This document shows positions 1-15,251 of a stretch of 64,000 nucleotides of DNA, piece after piece. The translations under genes and the position numbers were made by a program. The notes beneath the pieces are model-generated. The model saw nothing but the letters and a program-made list of their open reading frames with translations. It was not told the origin of the DNA and ran no database searches. Position 1 is the first letter of the stretch. Each line of letters opens with the position of its first letter. The stretch comes from Octopus vulgaris (lineage: Eukaryota). The DNA lies in the NCBI GenBank assembly GCA_951406725.2, contig OX597826.1:59148001-59212000 (forward strand). Direction: 5' to 3'.

Positions 1-473
1 AGTCAAATAGTTTTCGATGCATTTTTAAACAAAGCTGCTCGAATGGCTCAACTTCTTGCGTGTATTCTGCAATATTCCGTTTAGTTTCCTATAAGGATGG
101 TGTTCACACGTCTCTAAGTTTAAAGCGGTATCAAGAAAATTGTCTAAATTAAGATTAATGGCTGCAGTAATTTAGACGTACAAGTCTTTAAATAAATTAA
201 GCAGATTTCTCGTAAATACATTAATTTTCTGGTTGATAAGGTTACGTAAGATTATAAACCCATTATTGCTTTACAATACCATCAAAAAATTACCTAGAAT
301 TTAGGATGGATTACGGGTAAAAAAAAAGTAATCAGTTGAGTTGTAAATTGTTGCGGAAAATATTGCAACAATTTGAACTTCCAAAAAAATTATATATCTC
401 TTTTGACCCACAATGTGTTGTTAAAATATAATAAAAATATCATTCATCTACAGTAGTAGTTGAATAATATTCT

Positions 474-775
474 TAAGGCCGCAATTTTCTCACATGCATC
501 ATAATTCAGAGATTTGTCGCTAATTCAGTTCTTAACCAAATTGAAAAGTGGTTTAACATTTTGTGGGGAGACTGGTCCCTAGCTATATTTTGGCATTAAA
601 AACAATTAATTAAGATTTGGTCCAGTAGAAAAAAGTTTACAACAAAATTTGTAGCAACGTTATAGTGGAGTAAATAACGCCTCCAATCAAGTTTAGATCT
701 AAAAAACATTTTTTTATTTTAGAAGCAAAATATATTTATCTTAGCTTCAATGATAGAAGAAAGTATGAGGAATTT
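474..775. repeat. Old dispersed repeat, copy 1 (diverged direct copy at ~1275-1490)
   Basis: Blocks such as GCTAATTCAGTTCTTAACCAAA, AACGCCTCCAATCAAGTTTAGAT and AAGCAAAATATATTTAT occur in both copies in the same order; family unassigned. Confidence 0.7.
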
Positions 776-1274
776 CCTAACTTTGGTCCCATGCACCAAA
801 AATTTGTATTAAAATAAGTTGTGAGATAAAATATCATGAAAAAAATATATATAAGTAAGGCAAAAAATTGGATTTAAGTATAATTAACTTTTCTATTTTA
901 AAAACAGACTATATTTTGATTAAGCTTAAATGATAGAGCTCAATTCGAGGAATTACATGGTATGAATTTTTGAAAGAAAAAAGTTATCAGTGTTTGCTTC
1001 TCAAATTTGAGGGTGATAATATAGTTCGATACTTTTCTATGAATATAGTTCTATAAGGGGATTTTTATATATATCACCGGTGTTATTGACGTAAGGAAAA
1101 ATTATCAAAGACACCGCTAATTTGCAATTAGTTTAATTACATCATCTGTACTAAATAATGCAATTATATTGTGTTAACACTGTCCCGTAATATCTGAGAA
1201 GAGAAATAGAATTTCTCAGTTTTAAGACTTCTCAAAGAATTTTTAAGACTTCTCAAAAAATCATTCAACTACGG

Positions 1275-1490
1275 TAAGGCTGCAATTTACTCACACGCAG
1301 CATCTTTCAGAGCTTTGTAGCTAATTCAGTTCTTAACCAAACTGAAAACTGTTAACATTTTTGAAGAGGACTGCTCCCTGTAAGAACGCCTCCAATCAAG
1401 TTTAGATGAAAATAACTTTTTTTTAATTTTAAAAGCAAAATATATTTATTTTAGCTTAACTGATAGAAGAAAGCATGAGAAATTTTATAG
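1275..1490. repeat. Old dispersed repeat, copy 2 (internally shorter than 474-775)
   Basis: Same blocks as 474-775, with the segment between ...GACTGCTCCCT and AACGCCTCC missing. Confidence 0.7.
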
Positions 1491-1652
1491 ATTTGTCATG
1501 TGACCATGGGTCCGCGTGCCACAGGCTGGAGGCATTCACTAATTTTCTAACTTTATTTCCAATTTTCAATTTTATAATGAGTTAATGTAAATAAAGTGCT
1601 CTTCAAATACTAATCTTATTATTTTTTAGATTAATATTTCGAATTTAAATTC

Positions 1653-1653
<1 letters not shown>

Positions 1654-1723
<70 letters not shown>

Positions 1724-1747
1724 TAATAATAACAATAATAATAATAA
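1654..1747. repeat. (AAT)n microsatellite
   Basis: Direct reading. Confidence 0.97.
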
Positions 1748-1884
1748 TTCAATCACAATAATGAAAAAAATTAAATATTATTTAGAAATTTATTAAACTC
1801 ATTATTCAATTTTGAATTGGGTAAAATCTTAAATTATCAATTGAAACATATTAATTAGCATAATAGCATAGCCTGGAAAAAATA

Positions 1885-2965
1885 TGGATTACATAGAAAA
1901 ATGCAAGCAAAGGAAATAATATTCTTAAGATTATAAACCTGGAAAAGTACATTCGGTAAAGTACAGAACAAGGAAATTTTTATTTAAAATATTGCTGCTA
2001 AGAATAAAACTTGAATATTAAAAATGATTGGATTTTAATTTTCAAAGTAACATTATAATTAAAAAAAGGTGTCATCATTTCGTTAAAATACTGACACATT
2101 ACAATACTTAAAAAATAAGAGCCGGAAGAACCAATATAGCTAAAGTTTTATGCAAAGTAGAATAGTATATCACGTGATCACGTGACCGACCAGACCATCA
2201 GATGTTGTTACACATCGCTGGTCACAATGCGTTCGCATTGTTTTAGCCTTCGAATGACGCCATCCCGCTGGCTAAGCGAGTAGGCCAAAAGAAGAAAGAG
2301 TGGGAGAAAGAGTGGTGAAAGAGTACAGCAGGGATCACCACCCCCTGCCGGAGCCTCGTGGAGCTTTTAGGTGTTTTCGCTCAATAAACACTCACAACGC
2401 CCGGTCTTGGAATCGAAACCGCGATCCTGCGACCGCGAGTCCGCTGCCCTAACCACTAGGCCATTGCGCCTCCAGAATAGTATATATATGGCAGGCAAAT
2501 TCATTATGTAAAAAGTAGGCATTGGGTCAAGACTAAAAATCTGAAGACTTGGCTATACTTTATCAAATTTTACTGTGAATTTATAGTTATACCTACTAAT
2601 TATGTCCTACTATTATTTTTATAACGTATTTCCAAATTTCTAATTGCTAATTAATGATTTAAGAAAATGAATTTTTTTAAGTGCAAAAAAAAATGTTTTA
2701 ATTGAGTAGTAATTAAAAAAAAATTTAATAGACGTAATAAGCAATAACAAAAAGAAGTAATAACTTGTTATAAAAGTTTTAGTCTTAATAAAAGCTAATA
2801 CTTTCTAAATTTAAATATTTCATTTGAATTTTATCCTTAGCAACAATATTTTAAGTACAAATCTTCTTGTTCTGTACTTTACCAGATGTAATAAGTTGTC
2901 CTGAATTTTTTCAGGTTTATAATCTTAAGAATAATATATCTCTTGTTCGCATTTTTCCATGTAAC
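1885..2965. mobile_element. Degenerate fold-back/MITE-like element with ~130-bp diverged inverted arms (~1885-2015 and ~2822-2965), interrupted by a SINE
   Basis: TATTCTTAAGATTATAAACCTG...GGTAAAGTACAGAACAAG in the left arm is reverse-complementary to CTTGTTCTGTACTTTACC...CAGGTTTATAATCTTAAGAATA in the right arm. Confidence 0.6.
2171..2473 (-). mobile_element. tRNA-derived SINE, family A (head GGAGGCGCAATGGCC.AGTGGTTAGGGCAGCGGACTCGCGG), tail type 1, full length
   Basis: Pol III A-box (TGGCCTAGTGG) and B-box-like (GGTTTCGATTCC) motifs; 12-bp TSD AGAATAGTATAT at 2159-2170 and 2474-2485; homologous to 21235-21534. Confidence 0.92.
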
Positions 2966-3239
2966 TAAATACGTTCATATATTAAAACCTTACTTTTCCC
3001 TTTATATACCTGCCGTTATTTTATCCTTTTTCTTCCTTATTCAATTACTATACAAATACTTAAAATCGATATGTATGTATTGAAAATCAAAATACTACAT
3101 GATCGTACTTCTTTTCTTTCGCTCTGCCATTTCTTATTTCGTTTCCACTCCTTCTTTCTTTATTTTCTCTTTCATTTTTTCACTTCCATTTTCCAATTTC
3201 CTATTCATATCTATATCTATATCTATATAAATATACATA

Positions 3240-3294
<55 letters not shown>

Positions 3295-3551
3295 CTTCAG
3301 ATATTCCATTCGTAAGCGAGTTTTACATCAATACTAGCTTTCTAACAGCAACTGAAATGACGGTTTATTTTCTAACATTGTTCGAAAACCTAGCAGCCTC
3401 TTAAATTGTATGTTTATTAGTGTATGCTTATTGATGAGTTCATTCTACTTGGTGGAAAAGTGAAGATACTAGACGGAATAGGAAAATTTCAATTTAAATG
3501 TAATGTTATAGAAACCTGCTCTTGTGTTTAAGGTTTCTTTTACGTGATTGC

Positions 3552-3554
<3 letters not shown>

Positions 3555-3599
<45 letters not shown>

Positions 3600-3698
3600 C
3601 ATACATACATACATACATGCATACATACATACATACATACATACATACATACATACATACATACATACATACATACATACATACATACATACATACAT
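3555..3698. repeat. (TACA)n microsatellite
   Basis: Direct reading; source of the MYVC/YIHT pseudo-ORFs. Confidence 0.97.
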
Positions 3699-3794
3699 TA
3701 TATACAGATATATAGATATATATTGACAGAGGTACACACACACACAAACGGATACAAGCACACACATAAGAATGTGAGTGTATGTGTTTAGACT

Positions 3795-4192
3795 CACTCA
3801 TATATATCAGTGTGACACTCCGTCGGTTGCGACGACGAAGGTCCTAGTTGATCCGATCAACGAAACAGTCTGCTCGTGAAATTAACGTGCAAGTGGCTGA
3901 GTACTCCACAGACACGTGTACCCTTAACGTAGTTCTCGCAGAGATTCAGCGTGATACAGGGTTGTGACAACGCTGGCCTTTTGAAATACAGATAGAACAG
4001 AAACTGGAAGAAACCTTGAGAGAAAGTTGTGGTGAAAGAGTACAGCAGGGTTCGACACTACCCACTGCCGGAGCCTCGTGGAGCTTTAGGGGTTTTTGCT
4101 CAATAAACTTTCGCAACGCCCGGTCTGAGAATCGAAACCGCAATCCCGCAACCGCGAGTCCTCTGCCCCAACCACCGGACCATTGCGCCTCC
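3795..4192 (-). mobile_element. SINE family A, tail type 2, full length
   Basis: Same tRNA-like head as 2171-2473; tail ...GAGAACTACGTTAAGGGTACACGTGTCTGTGGAG...CAACCGACGGAGTG shared with 37496-37850. Confidence 0.9.
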
Positions 4193-4220
4193 ACAGATTA
4201 GTGTATTAATACTTGTGTGA

Positions 4221-4300
<80 letters not shown>

Positions 4301-4595
4301 GTGAAGGCGCGTCGCTTAGTGGTTAGGGTATTCGTAACGTCGTGCGCTCAATTCCCGGTGACGCGTTGTGTTCTTGAACAAGACATTTTATTTCACGTTG
4401 CCTAAGTCTACTCAGCTGGCAATAATGAGTAGTACTTGTATTTGAAAGGGAGAGCCTTGTCACACTCTCTATCATGCAGAATCTCCCTGATAACTACGTT
4501 AAGCGTACAGGTGTCTGACTGTGAAGTGCTCAGCCACTTGCACGCTAATTTCACGAGTAAGCTGTTTCGTTGATCGTATCAGCTAGGACCCAAAG
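4301..4595 (+). mobile_element. Diverged SINE related to family A (tail type 2)
   Basis: GAAGGCGCGTCGCTTAGTGGTTAGGG head and ...CTCAGCCACTTGCACGCTAATTTCACGAG tail. Confidence 0.8.
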
Positions 4596-5346
4596 ATCGA
4601 CCTTTCATCTGTTGTCGGCTGTCTATCTATTCCTCATTTCGAGCATTCAACGACAATATGAGTCTTCAAAGACAGTTGCTCCCATAAATATCAAAATAAA
4701 ATTTTGGATTTATAGAGTGTCAAAGTTGGGAACAAAAACAGGAGAATGGAGACATACAAAGAAACTGAACGAAAACATAAATGGAGGATAGTTAGACTAG
4801 GACGAGGCTAAAAGAGCGAACGGTGGAGAAATATTTTCTTTGAAAAGAGAAAAGATAGAAGAGAGAGATAGAATACGTCCGCTCCTTAGGAGAGACCTGA
4901 AGGAAAAGAAAGAATATCGCGTGAAGAAAGAAAGATGGTCGATGGTCACGTGTGAGTGACGAGAGAGAGAAAAAGAGAAAGAGGGGAGAGATTGACAACA
5001 GAAAACGGTGAAGGGGTGAAAAAGGGAATTAGAGACAAGGATAGGGAGAAAGCAGAATAGAGCAGATTCGCATCAAAAAGATTAAGATAAACTTACTTGC
5101 AAATGGATGCGTGGGATCCAATCAAATAATAATATAACTAATATATATATATATATATATATATATGGGTACACGACGTCACTAAAAGTAAACAACATAT
5201 ACTTGCACGTTATTCTTGTTTTCTCTCTTACTTTCAAGCAGAGGAATTCAGCTATAATGGTACGTTGGTACTCTTAGTACACTCCTTCTTCTATGTTTTG
5301 TTTTGGTGAATGATAACTTACATTAACATGTATGCATCAGAAAAAT

Positions 5347-5770
5347 GGCGGTGAAATGGCAGAATCGTTAGCGTACCGAGCAAAATGTTTAGCGGCATTT
5401 CGTCCGTCTTTATGTTCTGAGTTGAAACTCCAATTTGGTTGATTTTACCTTTCATCATTTCGAGGTTGATCGAATAAGTACCAGTTTAGTAATGGGGTCG
5501 ATGTAATCGGTTTGCATCTACCTCCCACAATTGCTGGCCTTGTGCCAACATTTAAAACCAGTATGCTTGAGCTAGCATGCCTGACAAAATGCAGGGCAGG
5601 ATTTCGTCCGTCTTTACGATCTGAATTCAAATTTCGCCGAAGCTGACTTTGCCTTTCGTCCTTTCGGCTCAATAAAATAAGTGTCTGTTTCACGGTGGGA
5701 TCGATTTAATCAATTTGCCCTCACCCCACACCGAAATGGCTGACCTTGCGTCAAAATTTGAAACCAGCAT
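5347..5770 (+). mobile_element. Two diverged tandem copies of SINE family B
   Basis: GGCGGTGAAATGGCAGAATCGTTAGC head; CCTTTCATC...GGTTGAT.AATAAGTACCAG central domain seen twice. Confidence 0.8.
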
Positions 5771-6058
5771 GCATACGTATATACAATTACAACCGACAAT
5801 CACAATGACGTTGAAATTGTAGCATATACGATACTTTTGTTAATTGTTTTAAATGTTCATTAGGGCGTGAGGTGATAAAAGTACACTCTCAACTCTCCCA
5901 ATCTGAATCTATCAGAATATTCAAAAACCAGTAAGTGGAAAGACCAGTGGGTGAAAAGACTATTAGGTTACACAAATATTAATTTGGGAATATTTTAACG
6001 TCCTCTGGAATGAATTACGTTAGTTTTCGAACGTGGACAGCGGTATATTGTAACAAAA

Positions 6059-6290
6059 GGCGGCGAGCTGGCAGAAACGTTAGCACGCCGGGCGAAATGC
6101 ATAGCGGTATTTCGTCTGTCGTTACGTTCCGAGTTCAAATTCCGCCGAGGTCGACTTTGCCTTTCATCCTTTCGGGGTCGATGAATAAAGTACCAGTTAC
6201 GCACTGGGGTCGATGTAATCGACTTAATACCTATGTCTGTCCTTGTTTGTCCCCTCTATGTTTAGCCCCTTGTGGGTAATAAAGAAATAA
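6059..6290 (+). mobile_element. tRNA-derived SINE, family B (GGCGGCGAGCTGGCAGAAACGTTAGC...; central CTTTCATCCTTTCGGGGTCGAT...AAGTACCAG resembles the MetaSINE domain), full length
   Basis: A-box TGGCAGAAACG and B-box GAGTTCAAATTCC; flanking direct repeat GTATATTGTAAC at 6043-6054 and 6291-6302; more than 10 copies in the window. Confidence 0.92.
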
Positions 6291-6752
6291 GTATATTGTA
6301 ACCAAATTGCAAAATATCCTATTCAACGCTCTTATTACTCTATGTATGTATGTATGTATGTATGTATGTATGTATGTATGTATGTATGTATGTATGTATG
6401 TATGTATGTATGCATGTATGTATGCATGTATGTATGTATGTATGTATATATGTATGTATGTATGTTTTTATGTATGTATGTATGTATGTATGTATGTATG
6501 TATGTGTGTATGTATGTATTTATGTATGCATGTTTGTATGTTTTCTTCTATTTTTAATTATTTCCAGTCTTTCTGCAAGGAAAGGAGCTGGTTTATAAGA
6601 AAAACAAAGTCTCTAGCGTGGGAAAGTACACACAATCGAATTACACCGCGAACTTTTGAAAACTCTTGCGTACTTTTACTGTTCCGCTAACATATCGGAT
6701 TTTATTTATGTACGCAGAGGTGTGCCTGCTTGTATGTATCTATGAATGGCTG

Positions 6753-6846
<94 letters not shown>

Positions 6847-8144
6847 TAGATATAGAAAGATACACATATATATGTTTCTACATGTGCATAGATACATATA
6901 TATACATGCATATATATGTATATATATAAATTATATATATACACACACACCCATATACACTCACACACACAGACACAAATACATTTATAATATATATATA
7001 TAGGGTGAGAGATGGAGAAAGTGAGACAGGGAGAAAGAGAAAGGGCAATCGATTGAAAGTCGGAAAACTGATCGCTGGAACAAAAGAAGGTTAGCAATTG
7101 TGCAAAGAATAATATAAATGTACGAGAGAAAAAAAATCCCACAAACGATGAAAAACACAGAAACCAGAAATATTATTGGACATGATAAGAAAAACGACAT
7201 CATTCTCATTTCTCTTTCTCCACCAAAAGTACAAACAAACACCTAAAACACACAGAGACACACACAAAAGGAATACCACCAAGCAGAGCGGAAAAAGACA
7301 GACAGAAGATCTGAAATACAAATAAGGAGGCCACAAAAAAAAAAAAAATTCTGAATTATAGAAATAAATATACAGTAAGAAAGAATGACAGTATAAACAA
7401 ACCAAATATGACTGAATTGGTGTATATAAGAGTATGGAGTCAAAGAACACATTGAAAGCAAACCAATATTGTGAGGAAGCATTCAGGCAGACAATATAAT
7501 AAAATCATCTGAAATAACATATAAGTAATATTTCTTTTCTATGTGGCCATCTTTAATTTTTATTCATATTAACTATTCTTGTTGAAATGTATATATCTGT
7601 AATTGTATGTATATGTTGTGAGTGTGTGTTTTGTGTGTGTGTGTGTGTTTGTGTGTGTAGGTATATATGTGCATACATATATGTATGTATATATGTGCAT
7701 ACATATACGTATGTCTATGTATATATAAATATATATAACATATAGACAAATATATGTATGTATGTGTATAAATGTTCTATAATTTTACATATATTTATAT
7801 ACATTTTTATCTGTCTATCTATATATGTATACATGTATATATCTATATATATATATATATACACAGTCACCACACAAAGACACAGTCACACACACAAACA
7901 CACACATATATGCATACACATACTTGCGCACGCACCCGCAAGCAATCACTCTTACACACAAAAATATATGTGTGTGAGTATGAGTGTGTGTGTGTATGAG
8001 TGCGTGTGTATGTGTGTGTGTGTGTATTTGTGTATATGGATATGTACATAGAAAGAGTTAGATGAATAGATAGTTAGATAGGCAGACAGATAGAGAGATA
8101 GATAGATAGATATATTGATTGATAGATAGATAGATAGATAGATT

Positions 8145-8200
<56 letters not shown>

Positions 8201-8224
8201 TATTGATAGATAGATAGATATATT

Positions 8225-8281
<57 letters not shown>

Positions 8282-8539
8282 AGAAACAATGCAAGAATAA
8301 CAAACAAACAAAAAAGAGATTTAGGAATGAAATACAGAACACTAACAAAATATGCAAAGAAATGTGAACACAATACAGCGAATATAAACGAGACGGCCAT
8401 TGTGTGTTTATTGGTCTTTCTATTTTACTCTTCTTACTTAATGAGACTAATTATTCACAGTGTGGTTTACCAAGTGTAATCCAGCCCTTCCTTACAAAGT
8501 ATTTAATTAGTGTGAGAAAGAAAAGAAAAAGAAATGAAA

Positions 8540-9720
<1,181 letters not shown>

Positions 9721-9813
9721 TATTGTTGTCTCTTGTCACGAATAAAATAAAAAGTGTTTCATCGAAATAGCTTGTAATACATAGTATTCGAACATTCTCA
9801 ACATACACTAATA

Positions 9814-9889
<76 letters not shown>

Positions 9890-9980
9890 ATCCAAACAAG
9901 AAAGCACAAAAAAACACAACGCGTGGACGTGGAACAAATATAGTATTATTGGACGCTCAGGAAAGAAGGAAAGAAGGAGG

Positions 9981-10015
9981 GTTTAACGTTTCGAGCGGAG
10001 ATCTTCGTCGGAAGC
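9981..10015 (-). ncRNA. Degenerate minimal type I HHR-like motif in a TA-flanked element (~9885-10050)
   Basis: Minus strand: GCTT-CCGACGA-AGATCTCCGCTC-GAAA-CG-TT-AAAC. U4C core change and imperfect stems; 3' tail resembles the 36845/60870/62686 family. Confidence 0.45.
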
Positions 10016-11400
10016 ATAGGAGAAGGAAAGATCCAGAGAAGGGAAGACAGAGTAAACGGCAAAAAGAAAATGGAGGGGATACAAAAATGACATACATCAG
10101 CCGGTAGACAGTCTATTATGCCTATTTATTCCAATCAAAAGGGAGTATTATACGTACACTTGCAAAGACTGTGTGCTACAAAAATATATACTAGTAAGAC
10201 ATAAAAGAGTAAAAGATTAAAAGATCAGTTCCTTACGGCCATTTCTGCTAAGAGGCAACGATATCCTCCATGCTAGTTCTATCTCTTCAGTGTTCTGTAG
10301 GGATGGGTAGATAGAATTTGGATGTTCTGTGTACCTCTAGGCTTCACCAGAGGGTCTAAATGGTTAGAAGAGCCGATACATGCAAGTTACTAATAGGTAC
10401 AGGATATTTTTCTTATTGAAGAGGGTATAAGAAAAATAGGAGCAAGACTTAGAGCGTGAATGGAGTAAAATTTAGTAAAACGGATTAGGTGTAGGAAAGA
10501 GAAATAAGTCATAGATTTCAAGTGTTACCTTCCAAGACTCATGTTCTTTTGTCCAGTGGTGGATAGGTACGTATATTCGTTCTAAGGATAAGTTTTTTTA
10601 GAAAAGGTAAATTTAGGCTGTGGTTTTTATTTTGCTTACATATAAATACACGTTGTGTTTGTGTTTGAAAGTATGGTACATGTTCCAGAGGTGGAAGCCT
10701 ATATGTAGGATGCCAGTTGGTAATAAAAGAGATTATGGCACCAAAGTATTAAAGTTGGTACTAAAGAGAGTGGTGACCAAATTACGGTGTTCGTGTTCCT
10801 TATTTTTTCGATCAACAAGTCCCTGAATCCTTTTTGTGCTGTGGTAATGGTCAGTCCTGCAACTTAATTGGTCACCTATTTTTTTTTGAGAACTATGACG
10901 CGGTTCCGGTTCGTTGATGGTTAACAGACAACACAAAAACAAATCAGATAAATAAATAAGTAAATAAATAAATTTTAAAGTAAATGGAAAAAAAACCGTG
11001 GCCATTATGGGCAAGCAGGGGAGCAACATAACATTCAACTAGATTAAATTAAATTCAATTAAATTAAATTAAGACAAGTAAATAAATAAATGAGCATGTA
11101 AGTGACTATGATAACTAAAGCAATATGATTAAGGTGATATGATCTTAAGGGACCGCATAAAGGAAAGAATAATATGAATTATTGCAACCGTATAAAAATA
11201 AAAAAATAAAAATGCAAAATATCTATCTATCTATCAGGGGAATCAGTTGTCTTGTTAAATATAATATAGGAGCTGGACAGAACATTCATTTTTGTTGGAA
11301 TAAAGAAGATTTTCTGACAGGGACAACAAATGGAACGGACCGGATCGATTGCTTGTATTTCTGAGTTATAGTTATTTATTGGTAAAAACTATACCAGTAG

Positions 11401-11458
<58 letters not shown>

Positions 11459-11461
11459 TAA

Positions 11462-11500
<39 letters not shown>

Positions 11501-11601
11501 AATATATATCCATACATATAGATATATAGATAGATACACGCATATACACGCTCATATACAAGTAAGTATAATTATATGTGTACATAAATATCATTCTATC
11601 T

Positions 11602-11644
<43 letters not shown>

Positions 11645-11895
11645 GTTAGTAGAGTTAGAGGTTGGAATAACCGTCTAAGGGATAAAAGTATCCGTTGTAC
11701 TACCAGTATAAACTTGTACATACACATGTAAGCATATTATATTGTTATTATGACGCTCATAGATTACAGGTGATGAGAAAGAAAATCAGGAGTTTATCAG
11801 GCATAAAATTTAAAGCAAATAGAAAATAGAGAAATATTGATCAACAACAATTGACTTACATCAATTATTATTTTTAGTTTAATACTGATTGACTG

Positions 11896-12248
11896 TATCC
11901 GATCTAACACCTGTTTCTGCTTCCAATGCTACATGGTATTGACATTGATATTCTAAAAATAATATTCATCATATTTGGTAATAAATCCGATTCGGAACAT
12001 GGAGATTCATCAGTGTGAAGAAAATGCATACATAAAAGAAAAGAAAAGAAGAGCATCGAAAGGAAAAGGAAAAGGTTCTTCTTTTCTTTTCTTTTCTTTT
12101 CTTTTTTTTTAAGAACTAACTTTTCTTCACTCTGATGAAGCTCCATGACCCAGATCGGATTTAGTGCCAAATTTGATGAATATTATTTTGGGGATATCAA
12201 TGACAATACCACATAACATCGGAAGCAGAAACAGCTGTTAGATGGGAT
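11896..12248. mobile_element. Aged inverted-repeat element; each arm carries a type I HHR with a long stem II insert
   Basis: Right arm (+): CTGATGA 12132-12138, stem II GCTCC...GGAAGC, GAAA 12228-12231, palindromic stem III CAGCTG, TT. Left arm has the reverse complement (TCATCAG 12007-12013; AACACCTGTTTC 11906-11917). Arms carry many mismatches; stem I is imperfect. Confidence 0.72.
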
Positions 12249-12326
12249 GTATTCTATTTGCATTTAGTTAAAAAACGAAAATTGGCGTATGACAATTTTT
12301 GTTCATCAATATTTCTCTGTTTACTT

Positions 12327-12387
<61 letters not shown>

Positions 12388-12766
12388 GGTATATTCAAGT
12401 TTTATCGTAAATATTTTATTGCTGAATTCCATGAAAGTATGACTATTATCATTTACCTTCAGAGTTGTAAGGCTTGGCAACTGAGAAGCAATAACCATTC
12501 AGAAACACCGGTGTCACTAAATCTCGTGTGCTCTCAACACACATCATTTAAAGGAAGCTTTCTGATCAGCATGGCACCAGTGATGTAGGAACTCATTTCT
12601 ACAGCTGACTGAACTGTAGCAACGTGATACATAGTGGCTTGCTCAAGGACATATCAGAGAGCTCGATCAAGTAATCGAAGTCACTATCTTATGATTGTGA
12701 GCCTGATGCTCTAAGGAGTCATGCACCTAGATATATATATATATAAGGAGCCATGCACCTTCACTA

Positions 12767-12821
<55 letters not shown>

Positions 12822-12910
12822 ACTATGAAAAAAGCATGACGATAGTACGATATATACAAACAAACATATATGCATACAGGTATATATATACATATACATA
12901 TATATATATA

Positions 12911-13072
12911 GGCGTAGGAGTGGCTGTGTGGTAAGTAGCTTGCTTACCAACCACATGGTTCCGGGTTCAGTCCCACTGCGTGGCATCTTGGGCAGGTGTC
13001 TTCTACTATAGCCTCGGGCCGACCAAAGCCTTGTGAGTGGATTTGGTAGACGGAAACTGAATGAAGCCTGTC

Positions 13073-13126
<54 letters not shown>

Positions 13127-13349
13127 CTGTGTTTGTGATGTCTGTGTTTGTCCCCCTAGCATTGTTTGACAACCGATGCTGGTGTGTTTATGTCCCCGTC
13201 ACTTAGCAGTTCGGCAAAAGAGAACGATAGAATAAGTACTGGGCTTACAAAGAATAAGTCCCGGGGTCGATTTGCTCGATTAAAGGTGGTGCTCCAGCAT
13301 GGCCGCAGTCAAATGACTGAAACAAGTAAAAGAGTAAAGAGAGTAAAGA
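12911..13349 (+). mobile_element. tRNA-derived SINE, family C (GGCG.AGGAGTGGCTGTGTGGTAAG; CORE-like C.TTGGGCA.GTGTCTT) with internal (TA)n/(TG)n, full length
   Basis: A/B boxes (TGGCTGTGTGG; GGTTCAGTCCC) and (AAGAGTA)n-type tail; homologous to 22657-23065. Confidence 0.92.
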
Positions 13350-13426
13350 GATATATGTATGTATATATACATACATTCACATACTTACACATATGCACAC
13401 GCACGAACATACACGCACGAACGCAC

Positions 13427-13570
13427 ATGCAGACAAACACACATGCCTATATGAATATACAGACATATAAGTATGTATGTATATATATATATATACAAAC
13501 AAACATATATATATATTACAGATATACACGATATAGACATATACAATGATATGTAAGTTTCTCTTTCTCC

Positions 13571-13645
<75 letters not shown>

Positions 13646-13858
13646 AAAACACACGCAGACAAACATACAAACAGATATGAATATACAGACATATAAGTAT
13701 GTATGTATGTATGTATGTATGTATGTATGTATGTATGTATGTATGTATGTATGTATGTATGTATGTATGTTTGTATATATATATACAAACAAACATATAT
13801 ATATTACAGATATACATGATATAGACGTATACAATATGCAATTTTCTCTTTCTCTTTG

Positions 13859-13860
<2 letters not shown>
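13427..13860. repeat. Local tandem duplication of a ~150-200 bp microsatellite-containing unit
   Basis: TATGAATATACAGACATATAAGTATG...ACAAACAAACATAT...TTACAGATATACA.GATATAGAC.TATACAAT occurs at ~13449-13550 and ~13676-13835. Confidence 0.85.
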
Positions 13861-13954
<94 letters not shown>

Positions 13955-14261
13955 ATATATCTATTGATTTGTATATCTTGTAGGTCTTCGTCCTTGTAGG
14001 TACTTTTTCATTCGATATCACCTTATAAGACATTAAGACATGTATTCCTATATTTTTCTGCCATGTTTGTTCTATTTAATATTCGTCTGTTGAAATATTT
14101 TACAGTGAATTCGTTTCTCAATAAAATTATTGATTGGTATGCCATTGTATATTTCAATAAGCATTTTCGAAAATACATATATAACAAAAAATTTAAATAA
14201 ATGACAAATCTACAAAATATATGAATAGATATATTCACATGTATATTGTTGCATCAATATG

Positions 14262-14315
<54 letters not shown>

Positions 14316-14369
14316 ATTTATATAAATAGACAGATAGATAGACATATACACAGGCGCATACATGCATAC

Positions 14370-14429
<60 letters not shown>

Positions 14430-14692
14430 GTGTGTGTGTGTGTATAAATACATGATCATATTTGCACACATACATTTGTGAGTGTGTATATTATAATCCA
14501 AACTTATAATGCAATCAAATATTCTACGTAAAATTATATATGTATGGGTGTGTATACATGGATGTATGTCTGCCTTTATGCATGTATGTACCTTCTCATA
14601 CATCTGTCAGTTTAAGTATGTATATATCGATCTATAACTCAACCCATGCATAAATATATATATATATATGTATATATGTACACACATACATG

Positions 14693-14824
<132 letters not shown>

Positions 14825-14935
14825 TATACGTATATATAAACATATACACAGGGGCATACAGACATGCATATATTTATATATACAAATAAATACATATATA
14901 TGTGTATATATATGTATATATATCTGTGTATATGC

Positions 14936-14999
<64 letters not shown>

Positions 15000-15136
15000 C
15001 ATATATATGTATATCTTTATATGTGTGTGTAAACTTATATATATATGTATTTATACATATATAGACATATATACATACATATTTACATATTCATATATAT
15101 ATATAAGTATATATATAAATGTATATATATATATAA

Positions 15137-15185
<49 letters not shown>

Positions 15186-15220
15186 CATATATATATATAC
15201 ATATATATATATATACATAC

Positions 15221-15251
<31 letters not shown>

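Noticed and set aside
2395-2473. tRNA-like sequences at SINE heads (also 21460-21534, 37496-37570, 6059-6150, 12911-12985)
   Set aside because: They continue into SINE bodies and tails, some with TSDs, and do not close a proper acceptor stem; they are not tRNA genes.
10280-10830. Unique stretch adjacent to the 9981 HHR-like motif, tested as PLE coding sequence
   Set aside because: The minus-strand frame I translated and the listed ORFs gave no RT or GIY-YIG motif.
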